Source of the DNA: Chloroflexia bacterium
GTDB lineage: Bacteria > Chloroflexota > Chloroflexia > DTKN01
DNA length: 64,000 bases
Assembly (NCBI GenBank): GCA_049970175.1
Contig: JBMFNL010000009.1
Location: 238-64,237, forward strand
Reading direction: 5' to 3'
Part shown: piece by piece, positions 29,445 through 39,778 of the stretch
How the letters are laid out: each line of letters starts with the position of its first letter
How positions within the stretch are numbered: the first letter of the stretch is position 1
Notes under the pieces: model-generated
Database searches by the model: none
Told to the model about the DNA's origin: nothing
What the model saw: the letters and a program-made list of their open reading frames with translations, nothing else
Position numbers and translations under genes: made by a program

Positions 29445-29456
29445 ACCTACCAGGAT

Positions 29457-29483
29457 TTAGCACTCTCATCGTGAGAGTGCTAA
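29457..29483. promoter_or_regulatory. CIRCE element (HrcA operator)
   Basis: TTAGCACTC-tcatcgtga-GAGTGCTAA is a perfect consensus, immediately upstream of hrcA. Confidence 0.95.
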
Positions 29484-29499
29484 ATCTCAGGAGGGGCGG

Positions 29500-30555
29500 A
29501 TGGTTGTGCCAAAGGTGCCGCGGCTGACGGCGCGGCGGGAACTGATCTTGAAACTGGTGATTCAGGAGTATGTGCGCACGGCGTTGCCGGTGGCCTCGGA
29601 GACGCTGGTGCAGAACTATGCCCTGGGGGTCAGTTCGGCCACGGTGAGAAACGACCTGGCGGCTCTGGAGGAACTGGGGCTGCTTTATCATCCCCACACC
29701 TCGGCCGGCCGGGTCCCCACCGACCAGGGCTACCGCTACTTTGTCGAGCACCTGATGGAATGGCATCCGCTCCCGGCCGAGGAACAGCGGATGGTTCGTC
29801 ATCAGTTCTACCAGGTGCGCACCGATGTGGAGGAATGGGTGCGTCTGGCCGCTTCCGCCCTGGCCCGCCTTTCGCGCAGCGCCGCCGTGGTCACGCCGGC
29901 CCGTTCCTTCCGCTCCCGTTTCAAGCACCTGGAACTCCTCTCCGTACACGATACCCGGGTGCTCCTCGTGCTCATCTTTCAGGATGGAACGATTCGCCAG
30001 CATATGCTGACCCTGAGCGAGGCCGTTTCCCAGGAGGAACTGAGCCGGATGGCCGGCCGCATGAATGCGTGTCTGGCCGGCCTGGACGCTTCCGAGGTGG
30101 CCGGGCAGGTGGGCGAGGAGTGGAGCGTCCTGGAGCGCCAGATTCTGAACCTGGTGGTCTCCACGATGCAGCAACTGGACCGCTGGGAGTGGGAGGAGGT
30201 CGTCCGAGACGGCGCGCTGGAGACGCTGGAACAGCCCGAGTTTGCCTCCGCCGATCAGGCCCGGCGTTTCCTGGAAATCCTGGAGCAGGGCCGTTTCCTC
30301 CTGGAGATGCTGGCCCAGGCCCTGCAGAGGAGCGGCATCCAGGTGATCATCGGTGGGGAAAGCCAGCGCGAGGAGATGCGCGACTACAGTTTGATCCTTT
30401 CCCGCTACGGGCTGGCCGGCCGCCAGGAGGGGGTGCTCGGCGTCCTGGGGCCCACCCGGATGCCCTACCCCCGCTCCATCTCGGCGGTGCGCTTCATCGC
30501 CCGAACGCTCAGCGAACTTCTGGCGGAACTCCACGGTGAGCCGTCGGTGAGGTAG
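29500..30555 (+). CDS. hrcA: Heat-inducible transcription repressor
   Basis: SSATVRNDLA.LEE.G...HPHTSAGRVPTD.GYRYFV; LGPTRMPY. Confidence 0.95.
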   Translation: MVVPKVPRLTARRELILKLVIQEYVRTALPVASETLVQNYALGVSSATVRNDLAALEELGLLYHPHTSAGRVPTDQGYRYFVEHLMEWHPLPAEEQRMVRHQFYQVRTDVEEWVRLAASALARLSRSAAVVTPARSFRSRFKHLELLSVHDTRVLLVLIFQDGTIRQHMLTLSEAVSQEELSRMAGRMNACLAGLDASEVAGQVGEEWSVLERQILNLVVSTMQQLDRWEWEEVVRDGALETLEQPEFASADQARRFLEILEQGRFLLEMLAQALQRSGIQVIIGGESQREEMRDYSLILSRYGLAGRQEGVLGVLGPTRMPYPRSISAVRFIARTLSELLAELHGEPSVR

Positions 30556-30569
30556 GAGGTGATTTTTCG

Positions 30570-31217
30570 ATGACCGAAAAAGTCCAGAGCGCAGAGGACC
30601 TCGTTCCGGAGCAGGCCGAAGCCCCGGCCGGGGAGCAGGTGGCCGAGGAGGCCGAGGACCTGCGCCGGGAACTGGAGGAGGAGAGGAAGAAATCGGCCGA
30701 GTACTATGACCAGTGGCTGCGGTCCGTCGCCGAACTGCGCAACTACAAGAAGCGCATCGAACAGGAGCGGGAGCAGATGGCCCAGGAGGCCGCTTCCGGC
30801 CTCGTCCTCCGCCTGCTTCCCATCCTGGACGATTTCGAGCGCGCCCTGGCCGTCCTGCCTGATGAGAAACTCCTGCGCTTCTCCTGGATCGAGGGGGTCA
30901 TGCTGATCTACCGTCGCCTCCAGGCCGTTCTGGAGCAGAGCGGTCTGCGGGCGATCGAGGCGGTGGGCAAGCCCTTTGACCCCTACATCCACGAGGCCGT
31001 CCTCTTCGAGGAGGTACCGGCCGAGCAGGACGGCCTGGTGCTGGCCGAACTGCAGAAGGGGTACAGACTGGGCGACCGCGTCCTGCGGCCGGCCCTGGTC
31101 AAGGTGGGTAAGGGCGGGGTTGCCCCGACCCCGCCGGCTGGACAGGAGATGCCGGCTCAGGCCGAGGCCCCCGCGTCCGAAGGGGAACCTCAGGAAAAAA
31201 CGGAAAGCGGTGCATAG
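30570..31217 (+). CDS. grpE: Nucleotide exchange factor GrpE
   Basis: AELRNYKKR; LLPILDDFERAL; FDPYIHEAV; QKGY.L.DRVLRPALVKV. Confidence 0.95.
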   Translation: MTEKVQSAEDLVPEQAEAPAGEQVAEEAEDLRRELEEERKKSAEYYDQWLRSVAELRNYKKRIEQEREQMAQEAASGLVLRLLPILDDFERALAVLPDEKLLRFSWIEGVMLIYRRLQAVLEQSGLRAIEAVGKPFDPYIHEAVLFEEVPAEQDGLVLAELQKGYRLGDRVLRPALVKVGKGGVAPTPPAGQEMPAQAEAPASEGEPQEKTESGA

Positions 31218-31241
31218 TGCCTCACCAGGAGGTGTATAGCC

Positions 31242-33137
31242 ATGGCCCGAGTGATCGGAATTGACCTGGGAACCACATTTTCGGTGATGGCGGTGATGGA
31301 AGGCGGCGAACCGGTGGTCATCCCCAACGCCGAGGGGGAACGGCTGACCCCCTCGGTCGTGGCCATCAACCCCAAGACCGGGGAGCGGATGATCGGCCGC
31401 ATCGCCCGTCGCCAGGCCATCACCAACCCCGAAAACACCATCTTCTCCATCAAACGCTTTATGGGGCGCAAGTTCGACGAGCCTTCGGTCCAGTATGACC
31501 GTCAACTGGTGCCCTATAAACTGACCGCCGCTCCGAACGGCGATGTGCGCGTCATTCTGGGTGGACGGGAGATGTCGCCTCCGGAGATTTCGGCCATGAT
31601 CCTGCAGAAACTCAAGCAGGATGCCGAGGCCTACCTGGGGGAGCCGGTGACCAAAGCGGTCATCACCGTCCCGGCCTACTTCAACGACAGCCAGCGCCAG
31701 GCCACCAAGGATGCCGGAAGGATCGCCGGGCTGGAGGTGCTGCGCATCATCAACGAGCCGACCGCTTCGGCCCTGGCTTACGGCCTGGACAAGAAGAAGA
31801 ACGAGATCGTCGCCGTCTACGACCTGGGCGGCGGCACCTTTGACATCTCCATCCTGGAACTGGGCGACGGCGTCTTCGAGGTCAAGTCCACCAACGGCGA
31901 CACCCACCTGGGCGGCGACGACTTTGACCAGCGCATCATCAACTGGCTGGTGCAGGAGTTCAAGCGCGACACCGGCATTGACCTTTCCCAGGACCGGATG
32001 GCCCTCCAGCGGCTGAAGGAGGCGGCGGAAAAGGCCAAGATCGAACTCTCCACCCTGCAGGAGACCGAGATCAACCTGCCCTTTATCACCGCCGACGCCT
32101 CCGGCCCCAAGCACCTGCTCTACAAACTCACGCGCGCCAAACTGGAGCAACTGGTCGCCGACCTGGTGGAAAAGACGCTGGGCCCGGTCAAGCAAGCCCT
32201 GGCCGATGCCGGTCTCTCGCCCTCCCAGGTAGACGAGGTCATCCTGGTCGGCGGTCAGACCCGGATGCCGATGGTGCAGCAACTGGTGCGGGACTTTTTC
32301 GGCAAAGAGCCGCACAAGGGCATCAACCCGGACGAGGTGGTGGCCATCGGCGCGGCCATCCAGGCCGGCGTGCTGGGCGGCGAGGTCAAGGACATCCTCC
32401 TCCTGGACGTTACCCCGCTCACGCTGGGGGTGGAGACGCTGGGCGGGGTGATGACCCCGATCATCCCCCGCAACACCACCATCCCGGTGCGCAAGAGCCA
32501 GATCTTCTCCACCGCCACCGATGCCCAGCCGAGCGTAGAGATCCACGTCCTCCAGGGAGAGCGTCCCATGGCGGCCGACAACAAGACGCTGGGCCGCTTC
32601 ATCCTGGACGGCATCCCGCCGGCCCCGCGGGGCGTACCCCAGATCGAGGTGACCTTTGACATTGATGCCAACGGCATCCTCCATGTGACCGCCCAGGACA
32701 AGGCCACCGGTCGGGAGCAGAAGATCGTCATCAAGGCCAGCAGCGGGCTGACGGAGGAGGAGATTCAGCGTATGATTCGGGAGGCCGAGGCCCACGCTGA
32801 AGAAGACCGCCGCCGCCGGGAGGAGGCGGAGACGCGCAACCAGGCCGACAACCTGGCCTACCAGACGGAACGCAGTCTGCGCGAACTGGGCGACAAGGTG
32901 CCGGCCAACGTCCGCCAGGAGGTGGAGGGCAAGATCGCGGCGGTGCGCAGCGCCCTGCAGAGCGGCTCCATCGAACAGGTGCGCTCGGCCATGAACGAGT
33001 TGGCCCTGGCGGCGCAGCGCATCGGGCAGGCCGTGTACGGGGCCGGCCCGACGGCCGGTCCGGGCGGCCCGGGCCCCCAGGGGCCGGCCGGCCCGGGTGA
33101 GGAGGGCACGATCGAAGGGGAATATCGGGAAGTGTAG
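31242..33137 (+). CDS. dnaK: Chaperone DnaK (Hsp70)
   Basis: IGIDLGTT; [19 protein letters not shown]; DLGGGTFD; [15 protein letters not shown]. Confidence 0.97.
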   Translation: MARVIGIDLGTTFSVMAVMEGGEPVVIPNAEGERLTPSVVAINPKTGERMIGRIARRQAITNPENTIFSIKRFMGRKFDEPSVQYDRQLVPYKLTAAPNGDVRVILGGREMSPPEISAMILQKLKQDAEAYLGEPVTKAVITVPAYFNDSQRQATKDAGRIAGLEVLRIINEPTASALAYGLDKKKNEIVAVYDLGGGTFDISILELGDGVFEVKSTNGDTHLGGDDFDQRIINWLVQEFKRDTGIDLSQDRMALQRLKEAAEKAKIELSTLQETEINLPFITADASGPKHLLYKLTRAKLEQLVADLVEKTLGPVKQALADAGLSPSQVDEVILVGGQTRMPMVQQLVRDFFGKEPHKGINPDEVVAIGAAIQAGVLGGEVKDILLLDVTPLTLGVETLGGVMTPIIPRNTTIPVRKSQIFSTATDAQPSVEIHVLQGERPMAADNKTLGRFILDGIPPAPRGVPQIEVTFDIDANGILHVTAQDKATGREQKIVIKASSGLTEEEIQRMIREAEAHAEEDRRRREEAETRNQADNLAYQTERSLRELGDKVPANVRQEVEGKIAAVRSALQSGSIEQVRSAMNELALAAQRIGQAVYGAGPTAGPGGPGPQGPAGPGEEGTIEGEYREV

Positions 33138-33161
33138 GGGCGGTACGGATAGACCTACGCT

Positions 33162-33195
33162 GGGGTGGGGCGGAAAGCGACCGCCCCACCCCTTT
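33162..33195 (+). terminator. Intrinsic terminator after dnaK
   Basis: ggggtggggcgg/ccgccccacccc 12-bp stem followed by ttt. Confidence 0.65.
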
Positions 33196-33208
33196 GTGGA
33201 GGTTTCCG

Positions 33209-33883
33209 GTGGGCGAGAAAGCCCCCTTTGTCGTCCTCTGGGATATGGATGGGGTGCTGGTGGATTCGTCCCCCTACCACTACCGGGCCTGGAAGGACAC
33301 CTTGGCCGAGGAAGGCCTGGCCCTCGATGAGGCGACCTTTCGCCGCACCTTCGGCCAGCGCAACGACGCCATCATCGCCGACGTACTGGGTCCGGACCTG
33401 CCCCGGGAACGGGTGGCGGCCATCGGCGCGGCCAAGGAGCGGCGCTACCGGGCACTCATCGCCCAGGAGGGACTGATGCCGCTTCCTGGGGCGCTGGATT
33501 GGCTGCGCCGGCTTCACCGGCAGGGCATCCCCCAGGCCGTCGTCTCCTCGGCGCCCCGCGAGAACATCGAGGCCGTCCTGGAGGCCCTCGGCATCTCCGG
33601 CCTGTTTCAGGCCCTGATCTCCGGGGAAGAGGTGGAACAGGGCAAGCCGGACCCGGCCTCCTTCCTTCTGGCGGCACAACGCCTGGGGATGTCGCCGAAG
33701 CGCTGCGTGGTGGTGGAGGATGCGCCGGCCGGGGTGGAGGCGGCCCATCGGGCCGGCATGGTCTGTCTGGCCGTCGCCACCACCCATCCCCGGGAACGCC
33801 TGGTTGCCGCCGATGAGGTTACGGAGTCTCTGGACGAACTGCCGGAAGGGGCCTTCGAACGGTTGATCCGTCGGGCCGGATAG
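33209..33883 (+). CDS. HAD family phosphatase (beta-PGM-like)
   Basis: WDMDGVLVDS; VVSSA; KPDP; VVEDAPAGVEAA; GTG start after GGAGG. Confidence 0.88.
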   Translation: MGEKAPFVVLWDMDGVLVDSSPYHYRAWKDTLAEEGLALDEATFRRTFGQRNDAIIADVLGPDLPRERVAAIGAAKERRYRALIAQEGLMPLPGALDWLRRLHRQGIPQAVVSSAPRENIEAVLEALGISGLFQALISGEEVEQGKPDPASFLLAAQRLGMSPKRCVVVEDAPAGVEAAHRAGMVCLAVATTHPRERLVAADEVTESLDELPEGAFERLIRRAG

Positions 33884-33933
33884 CCTTTGACCGCCCTGGG
33901 GGGCGGGCGGCCGAAAGTGGATAGGCCCAGCGG

Positions 33934-34055
33934 GCCGTATCGCAACCCTTGGGTTGAGCGACAGGCTCAACCCAGGGGTTTTGACAGGGTTTCGATACGC
34001 TACGCTACTCAACCTAAGGTTCAACAAGGGCCGACAGGCCGTATCGAAATCCAAG
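33934..34055. repeat. REP-like cluster
   Basis: Hairpin tgggttgagc-gacag-gctcaaccca; ggtttcgatacgctacgctactcaacc; gccgtatcgaaatccaag. Confidence 0.8.
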
Positions 34056-34123
34056 TTAGAGCCTGTTCGGCCGGTGAGCGGCTTTTCTGTTAGAAAATAG
34101 GGAATCCTCTGTGGCAGCCTTCG

Positions 34124-34281
34124 AACTGACATCCGCTCATAAATCCCACCTAGGCCCTTACGGCGGCCCCCGACCGGCCGCGACGGGCCCAAAATCGCCT
34201 CCGCGACGGCCGTCCCCCGCCATCTCCACAGCGTTTCGGGCCGCCATTCGTGCCAGAACGAGTTATAAGTGGATGTCAGTT
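34124..34281. mobile_element. Candidate MITE / IS remnant (158 bp)
   Basis: 19-bp terminal inverted repeats (17/19 match) and an internal GGCGGCCC/GGGCCGCC inverted repeat; no target-site duplication seen. Confidence 0.35.
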
Positions 34282-34286
34282 AACAA

Positions 34287-34315
34287 TTGACGCCAGGGGA
34301 CGGCTGTGGTAAAAT
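34287..34315 (+). promoter_or_regulatory. Sigma70 promoter
   Basis: TTGACG, 17 bp, TAAAAT with extended TG. Confidence 0.65.
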
Positions 34316-34349
34316 AATGACCAAGGGTAGTTCGGAAAGGGAGGACACG

Positions 34350-35372
34350 ATGGAGGTTACGATGGTCGAGGGAAAGCCGCTGTACGGGATGACCGAGGAA
34401 CTCTACCGGGCCGTCGTCGCCCTGGTGGACGACCGGATGCGGGAAATCCGGGTGCTACGCTCCGATTTCGACCGTTTGGAATCGGCTATCCAGGCCCTGG
34501 CCGAGGCCCAGAGGCGCACCGAAGAGCGGGTGAACGAACTGGCCGAGGCCCAGAGGCGCACCGAAGAGCGGGTGAACGAACTGGCCGAGGCCCAGAGGCG
34601 CACCGAAGAGCGGGTGAACGAACTGGCCGAGGCCCAGAGGCGCACCGAGGAACGCCTGGAACGCCTGGAGGCCACCGTCCAGGCCCTGGCCGAGGCCCAG
34701 AGGCGCACCGAGGAGCGGGTGAACGAACTGGCCGAGGCCCAGAGGCGCACCGAAGAGCGGGTGAACGAACTGGCCGAGGCCCAGAGGCGCACCGAGGAAC
34801 GCCTGGAACGCCTGGAGGCCACCGTCCAGGCCCTGGCCGAGGCCCAGAGGCGCACCGAGGAACAGGTACAGGCCCTGGTCCGCGAAATGATCGTGGTCAA
34901 GGCCGACATCCAGGGACTCAAGGAGGACATGGGCTCGGTCAAGGGTCGCCTCCTGGAAATGGATTACCGGGAGAAAGCCCCCTCTTTCTTCGGCCGCCTC
35001 CTGCGCCGGGTACGGGTGCAGCCGCTGGCCGAGTGGCTGGACGAACTGGAGGCCTGCCTTTCATCCCAGGAGGTGGAAGAGGTCTGGCGGTTGGACCTGG
35101 TAGTGGGGGGCGTGCTGAAGGGGGGGCCGGAGGTGTGGCTGGCCGTGGAGGTTTCCGCGGTTGTGGATCGCCGAGATGTGGAGCGGGCGGCGCGGCGGGC
35201 AGAACTTCTGCGCCGGCTGGGCCGGCCGGTGGTGGCGGTGGTGGCCGGGGAAGAAGTGACCGAAGGGGGGGTGGAGGCAGCGCAGGCGCAGCGGGTCGCG
35301 CTCTTTCAGGACGGGCGACCGCGTTTCTGGTCCGAAGCCCTGGAAAAGGCCCTGGAAGGCCCGGCCCGGTGA
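34350..35372 (+). CDS. Coiled-coil tandem-repeat protein with a C-terminal PD-(D/E)xK-like domain
   Basis: 8x [10 protein letters not shown]; C-terminal LDLVV...WLAVEVS..VD..DVERA..RA. Confidence 0.7.
   Translation: MEVTMVEGKPLYGMTEELYRAVVALVDDRMREIRVLRSDFDRLESAIQALAEAQRRTEERVNELAEAQRRTEERVNELAEAQRRTEERVNELAEAQRRTEERLERLEATVQALAEAQRRTEERVNELAEAQRRTEERVNELAEAQRRTEERLERLEATVQALAEAQRRTEEQVQALVREMIVVKADIQGLKEDMGSVKGRLLEMDYREKAPSFFGRLLRRVRVQPLAEWLDELEACLSSQEVEEVWRLDLVVGGVLKGGPEVWLAVEVSAVVDRRDVERAARRAELLRRLGRPVVAVVAGEEVTEGGVEAAQAQRVALFQDGRPRFWSEALEKALEGPAR
34499..34860 (+). repeat. Coding VNTR of 42-bp and 63-bp units
   Basis: ggccgaggcccagaggcgcaccga(a/g)ga repeated 8 times. Confidence 0.9.
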
Positions 35373-35469
35373 AGGGGCAAACCCTCTCCGGTCCGGTGTG
35401 CTCCCCGGCCGAGGGGGTTCGGAGACCGGCGACAGGGGCCGGGCTGGGGGAGGGAAAGACTTCCCAGAC

Positions 35470-35970
35470 TCATTCCTCTTCTCCGGGGGATTCTCCTTCC
35501 AGTTCGGCCAGCCCCTTGCGGATGCTGGCCAGGATGCGCCCCATCGTCTCCCGGATCTCGCCCTGGGCCTGGGAGAGGCGGGCCTCGATCTCGGTGAGCA
35601 CCTCCCGGGCGTACTGATCGGCTCCCCGGCGAATCCGCTCGGCTTCCCGACGGGCCTCTTCCAGAATCTGCTCGGAGCGTTTCTTGGCCTCCTCCAGCAA
35701 GCCCTGCTCTTCGATCCGCATGGCGGCCTCCTGTTGGGCCTGCTCGGCGATGCGCTGGGCCTGCCGACGGGCCTGTTCCAGAATCTGTTCTCGTTCGCGC
35801 AGAACCTGGCGTGCCCGGCGCACCTCTTCGGGCACGGCGGCCCGCAGGCGGTCCAGCAACCCCATCGCCCTGTCTTCCTCTACCAGGAGGCGTCGAAGGA
35901 AGGGCAGGCGACCGCTCTGGGCCAGCGTCTTTTCCAGTTCATCGAGCAGCCGGGCCAGTTCGTCACTCAT
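35470..35970 (-). CDS. DivIVA/ATP-synthase-b-like coiled-coil protein typically found downstream of coaD
   Basis: LLDELE..L...RLPF...LLVEEDR...LLDRLR..VPEEVRRA; synteny with rsmD-coaD. Confidence 0.7.
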   Translation of the reverse strand: MSDELARLLDELEKTLAQSGRLPFLRRLLVEEDRAMGLLDRLRAAVPEEVRRARQVLREREQILEQARRQAQRIAEQAQQEAAMRIEEQGLLEEAKKRSEQILEEARREAERIRRGADQYAREVLTEIEARLSQAQGEIRETMGRILASIRKGLAELEGESPGEEE

Positions 35971-35972
35971 CT

Positions 35973-36482
35973 CTATCCCCTTTCGCGGCCTGCAGGGGGC
36001 CGCTCTCTGCTCAGGGCCTCCCGCAGGGCCTGCGCCACATGGGCCGGGACCAGGTTGCTCACATCGGCCCCCAAGGCAGCGATCTCCTTGACGATGCTGG
36101 AACTCAGGAAGGAATAGTGCTGGGCGGTCATCAGACAGACGACCTCGATCTCCGGAGCCAGGCGGTGATTCATGTGGGCCATCTGCAGTTCCAGTTCAAA
36201 GTCGGTCATGGCCCGCAGCCCCCGGATGATGACCTGGGCCCCCACCCGACGGGCGTACTCCACCGTGAGGGTGTCATACCGCTCCACCGAGACGTTGGGG
36301 CAATCGGCGACGGCCTGGCGAATCATCTCCACCCGCTCTTCGGCGCTGAAGAGCAGCCGTTTGGCCGGCCGGTCGTAGACGGCCACGATCACCCGGTCGA
36401 AAAGCCGGACCGCCCGGGCGATGATGTCCAGATGGCCGTTCGTCACCGGATCGAAACTGCCAGGGTAAATGGCGGTAACCAC
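35973..36482 (-). CDS. coaD: Phosphopantetheine adenylyltransferase
   Basis: AIYPGSFDPVTNGHLDII.RA; IRGLRA.TDFE.E; SFLSSSIVKE. Confidence 0.95.
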   Translation of the reverse strand: MVTAIYPGSFDPVTNGHLDIIARAVRLFDRVIVAVYDRPAKRLLFSAEERVEMIRQAVADCPNVSVERYDTLTVEYARRVGAQVIIRGLRAMTDFELELQMAHMNHRLAPEIEVVCLMTAQHYSFLSSSIVKEIAALGADVSNLVPAHVAQALREALSRERPPAGRERG

Positions 36483-36502
36483 CGGACCTCCTTGTCCAGA
36501 AA

Positions 36503-37081
36503 CTAGGGGGATGGTTCTTCCCACCAGGCCGGCATCCCGTAGATGCTCAGGACGCTATCGCCGAGGCGCCGCCGTTCCAGGCAGCGCAGCGGCCCGTAAC
36601 TCTCGGCCAGGGCCAGCCGGACGGCATGGTGCACCGCAACCAGGGTGCCCTCGTGCAATAAGGGCCCGCCGGCCAGTTCGGCCAGCACCTTTTCGGCCAG
36701 CGGATCCGCATAGGGTGGATCGAAGAAAATTATATCATACCTTGTCCCTTCCTGCATCCGCCGCAGGAAGGCCCGCACGTCGGCCTGGTAAACATGGGCG
36801 CGTTCGCTCAGACGGGTATGCTCCAGGTTCTCCCGGATGAGCCGGCAGGCCCCGGCATTGATTTCCACGAAATCGGCCCGGTCCGCGCCCCGCGAAAGGG
36901 CCTCGATGCCCAGGGCACCGCTCCCGGCGTAGAGGTCCAGCACCCGGCCGGAGATGCTGCCCAGGTATCCCTCCAGGACGGCGAAGAGGGAGGCCCGCAC
37001 CTTTTCCAGCATCGGTCGGGTACGCAGCCCCTTGGGGGCCTTCAGGTGATGGCCTTTGGCGGAACCGGTGATGACCCTCAA
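36503..37081 (-). CDS. rsmD: 16S rRNA (guanine966-N2)-methyltransferase
   Basis: MRVITGSAKG...TRP; VLDLYAGSGALGIEALSRGA; FFDPPY. Confidence 0.93.
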   Translation of the reverse strand: MRVITGSAKGHHLKAPKGLRTRPMLEKVRASLFAVLEGYLGSISGRVLDLYAGSGALGIEALSRGADRADFVEINAGACRLIRENLEHTRLSERAHVYQADVRAFLRRMQEGTRYDIIFFDPPYADPLAEKVLAELAGGPLLHEGTLVAVHHAVRLALAESYGPLRCLERRRLGDSVLSIYGMPAWWEEPSP

Positions 37082-39642
37082 CTGATCTCCACCTCCCGGC
37101 TCCAGAAGGCGGCCAGGCGTTCGGCCAGGACGGCGTGCTCCGGCCGGCTGAGGTCGGGATCGGCGGCCAGGATGGCCTCGGCCTCCCGGCGAGCCAGGTC
37201 CAGGAGACGGGTATCGCCCAGCCGGGCCACCTTCAGGTCGGGCATGCCGCTCTGGCGGGTGCCGAAGAACTCGCCCGGCCCCCGCAGTTCCAGGTCAATT
37301 TCGGCCAGGGCGAAGCCGTCGTCCGTCTCCTCGATGGCCTTTAACCTCTCGCTTCCCAGTTCATCGGAGGTGGCCAGGAGGATGCAGTAGGAGGCATGTT
37401 CGCCCCGGCCGACGCGGCCGCGGAACTGGTGCAACTGGGCCAGGCCGAAACGCTCGGCCCCTTCGACCATCATGACGGTGGCGTTGGGTACGTCAATGCC
37501 CACCTCCACGACCGGCGTGGAGACGAGTACCTGGGTTTCGCCATCGCGGAAACGGCGCATGATGCGTTCTTTCTCCGCACCGGACATGCGTCCGTGGAGG
37601 AGGTCCAGTTTCAGGTCGGGGAAGACCTCTTCCTGGAGGCGGCGGAACTCTTCCACGGCGGCGGCGGCCTCGATCTTTTCCGATTCCTCCACCAGCGGGC
37701 AGATGATAAAGGCCTGTCGGCCCTGCTGCACCTGCTTGCGGATAAAGTCATAGGCCCGCTGGCGTTCGGCGTTGGCCAGCCACCGGGTGCGAATCTTCTG
37801 CCGGCCCGGGGGCATCTCGTCAATGATGGAGAGGTCCAGGTCGCCGTGCAGCGTTAGGGCCAGGGTGCGGGGGATGGGGGTCGCGGTCATCACCAGGAGG
37901 TGGGGGTTGTAGCCCTTCTGGTGGAGGGCCTGGCGCTGGAGCACGCCGAAGCGGTGCTGCTCGTCAATGATCACCAGGCCCAGGTTGGCGAAGGCGACGC
38001 CCTCCTGGATCAAAGCGTGGGTGCCCACGACGATGTCCACCCCGCCCTCGGCGATGGCGGCGCGGAGTTCGCGTTTTTCCCGTTCCTTCATGCTGCCGAT
38101 GAGGAGGGCCACCCGGGGCTCGCCCCCGGCCGGCCGTTCCTCCACGCCCAGGAGCGCCTTCAGTTCGGCCAGCCGCCGGGCCCGCTCCGGTTCCTCCTCC
38201 TTCCACTCCTCGCCGGAGGTGGAGGCGTAGCAAGCGCTGGGCCGGCCGGGCACCTCCAGGCCGGAAAGGAGCGCCCGGATGGTGCGCTCGTGCTGTTCGG
38301 CCAGAATCTCGGTGGGGGCCATCAGGGCCACCTGCCGGCCGTTGGCGACCGCCTGGAGCGCCGCCGCCGTCGCCACCACCGTCTTCCCCGAACCCACATC
38401 GCCCTGCAGAAGCCGGCTCATCGGCACATCCCGCTCCAGGTCGGCCAGGATTTCCCGGAGCGCCCGCTCCTGTGCCCCGGTGAGGGCAAAGGGGAGGCGC
38501 GCAAGAAAACGCTCCAGGAGGTCCCGGTCTAGGGGGAGCGGATGGCCGGGGCTGGCCTGCCATTCCCGCTTGCGCTGCAGGACGCCCAGTTGGATGTAGA
38601 GGAACTCGTCAAAGGCCAGGCGCCGGCGGGCCTGCCGGAGCGAATCCCAGTCGTCGGGGAAGTGAATCTGGCGCAGGGCCCGGCCGAGTTCCCAGAGGTC
38701 GGCCCGGAGACGCACCTCCGGCGGCAGCGGGTCGGGGACGCGGTCGGCCCACTGCTCCACGAAGCGTTTGATCAGCCGGCGGGTGCCCCGGGGGCGCATC
38801 TCCCCGCTCATCGGGTAGACCGGCACCAGCCGGCCGGTGTGCACCAGTTCGGCGTCGTAGGGCTCCCATTCGGGCGATTCCAGCGTCAGCCGGCCCCGAA
38901 ACTGCTCCACCCGCCCGCTCAGGACCACCTTCATCCCGGGCTTGAGCGACTTCAGGAGGTAGGGCTGGTTGAACCAGACCGCCTCGATGCTGCCGGTCTC
39001 GTCCCGCACGCGGGCCGAGATGAGGAGGCGGCCGCTCTGGGTGCGGCGCTGCTCCACCTCTTCGACGGTGGCGATGACCGTCTCGGTGGCCCCGTACATC
39101 AGGGCGTGAATCGGTTTGAGCGAGGTATAATCGTCGTAGCGCCGGGGAAAGTGGTAGAGGAGGTCGCGCACCGTCTGCAACCCCAGCCGCTTCAGTCCGC
39201 GCAGGTAGGTGCCGTAGATGCCGCCGGCCTTTTCCAGCGGCGTGTCCAGGGTCATCCCTTTGGGCGGCGAAGGGACGCGCCGGTGCGGGCGGGGTCGGGC
39301 CGGAGCAGGCACCGTAGGAGCGGCCGTCGTTTCCGGCGGCGGGCCGCTTCCGTCGCGCAGGGCCCGGTAGGTCTGGCGGAGGAGGGCCAGGGCCTGGCGC
39401 ACCCGGGCCTGGCGGGCCGAGAGGATGAGGTGGCGGTAGTTATCCAGGAGTTCGCCCAGGCGGGTCAGGAGGTCCGTGGGGAGGCCCAGGGGCTGGGCCT
39501 GGGCCTGCCACTGGCGGAAGTGGGCCTCCAGGCCGGCCGGCGCGGCCGTATCGGTGCAGCCGGCCCGCTCCTCCTCGGAAAGGAGCCGGCCCAGGGCGGC
39601 CAGGTGAGCCAACTGCCGATCTCGACGTTCCGGTTCCATCAT
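37078..39642 (-). CDS. recG: ATP-dependent DNA helicase RecG
   Basis: RLLQGDVGSGKT; MAPTEILAEQH; IIDEQHRFGV; MTATPIPRTL; FGLAQLHQFRGRVGRG; RGPGEFFGTRQSG. Confidence 0.95.
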   Translation of the reverse strand: MMEPERRDRQLAHLAALGRLLSEEERAGCTDTAAPAGLEAHFRQWQAQAQPLGLPTDLLTRLGELLDNYRHLILSARQARVRQALALLRQTYRALRDGSGPPPETTAAPTVPAPARPRPHRRVPSPPKGMTLDTPLEKAGGIYGTYLRGLKRLGLQTVRDLLYHFPRRYDDYTSLKPIHALMYGATETVIATVEEVEQRRTQSGRLLISARVRDETGSIEAVWFNQPYLLKSLKPGMKVVLSGRVEQFRGRLTLESPEWEPYDAELVHTGRLVPVYPMSGEMRPRGTRRLIKRFVEQWADRVPDPLPPEVRLRADLWELGRALRQIHFPDDWDSLRQARRRLAFDEFLYIQLGVLQRKREWQASPGHPLPLDRDLLERFLARLPFALTGAQERALREILADLERDVPMSRLLQGDVGSGKTVVATAAALQAVANGRQVALMAPTEILAEQHERTIRALLSGLEVPGRPSACYASTSGEEWKEEEPERARRLAELKALLGVEERPAGGEPRVALLIGSMKEREKRELRAAIAEGGVDIVVGTHALIQEGVAFANLGLVIIDEQHRFGVLQRQALHQKGYNPHLLVMTATPIPRTLALTLHGDLDLSIIDEMPPGRQKIRTRWLANAERQRAYDFIRKQVQQGRQAFIICPLVEESEKIEAAAAVEEFRRLQEEVFPDLKLDLLHGRMSGAEKERIMRRFRDGETQVLVSTPVVEVGIDVPNATVMMVEGAERFGLAQLHQFRGRVGRGEHASYCILLATSDELGSERLKAIEETDDGFALAEIDLELRGPGEFFGTRQSGMPDLKVARLGDTRLLDLARREAEAILAADPDLSRPEHAVLAERLAAFWSREVEIS

Positions 39643-39778
39643 CAGCCCCGAATTCCACCCGACAGGGTAGACATATTATACCACGAAACCGTCCGAGGCC
39701 CAAGTCGCAGATGGGTAGTGGATGCATGTTTCTAGATGGGCACTGTCCTCGAACACTGCGCACAGCGGGCTGTTCGCC

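Noticed and set aside
34499-34860. Possible CRISPR array
   Set aside because: Repeats are contiguous, in-frame coding units with no unique spacers and no cas genes
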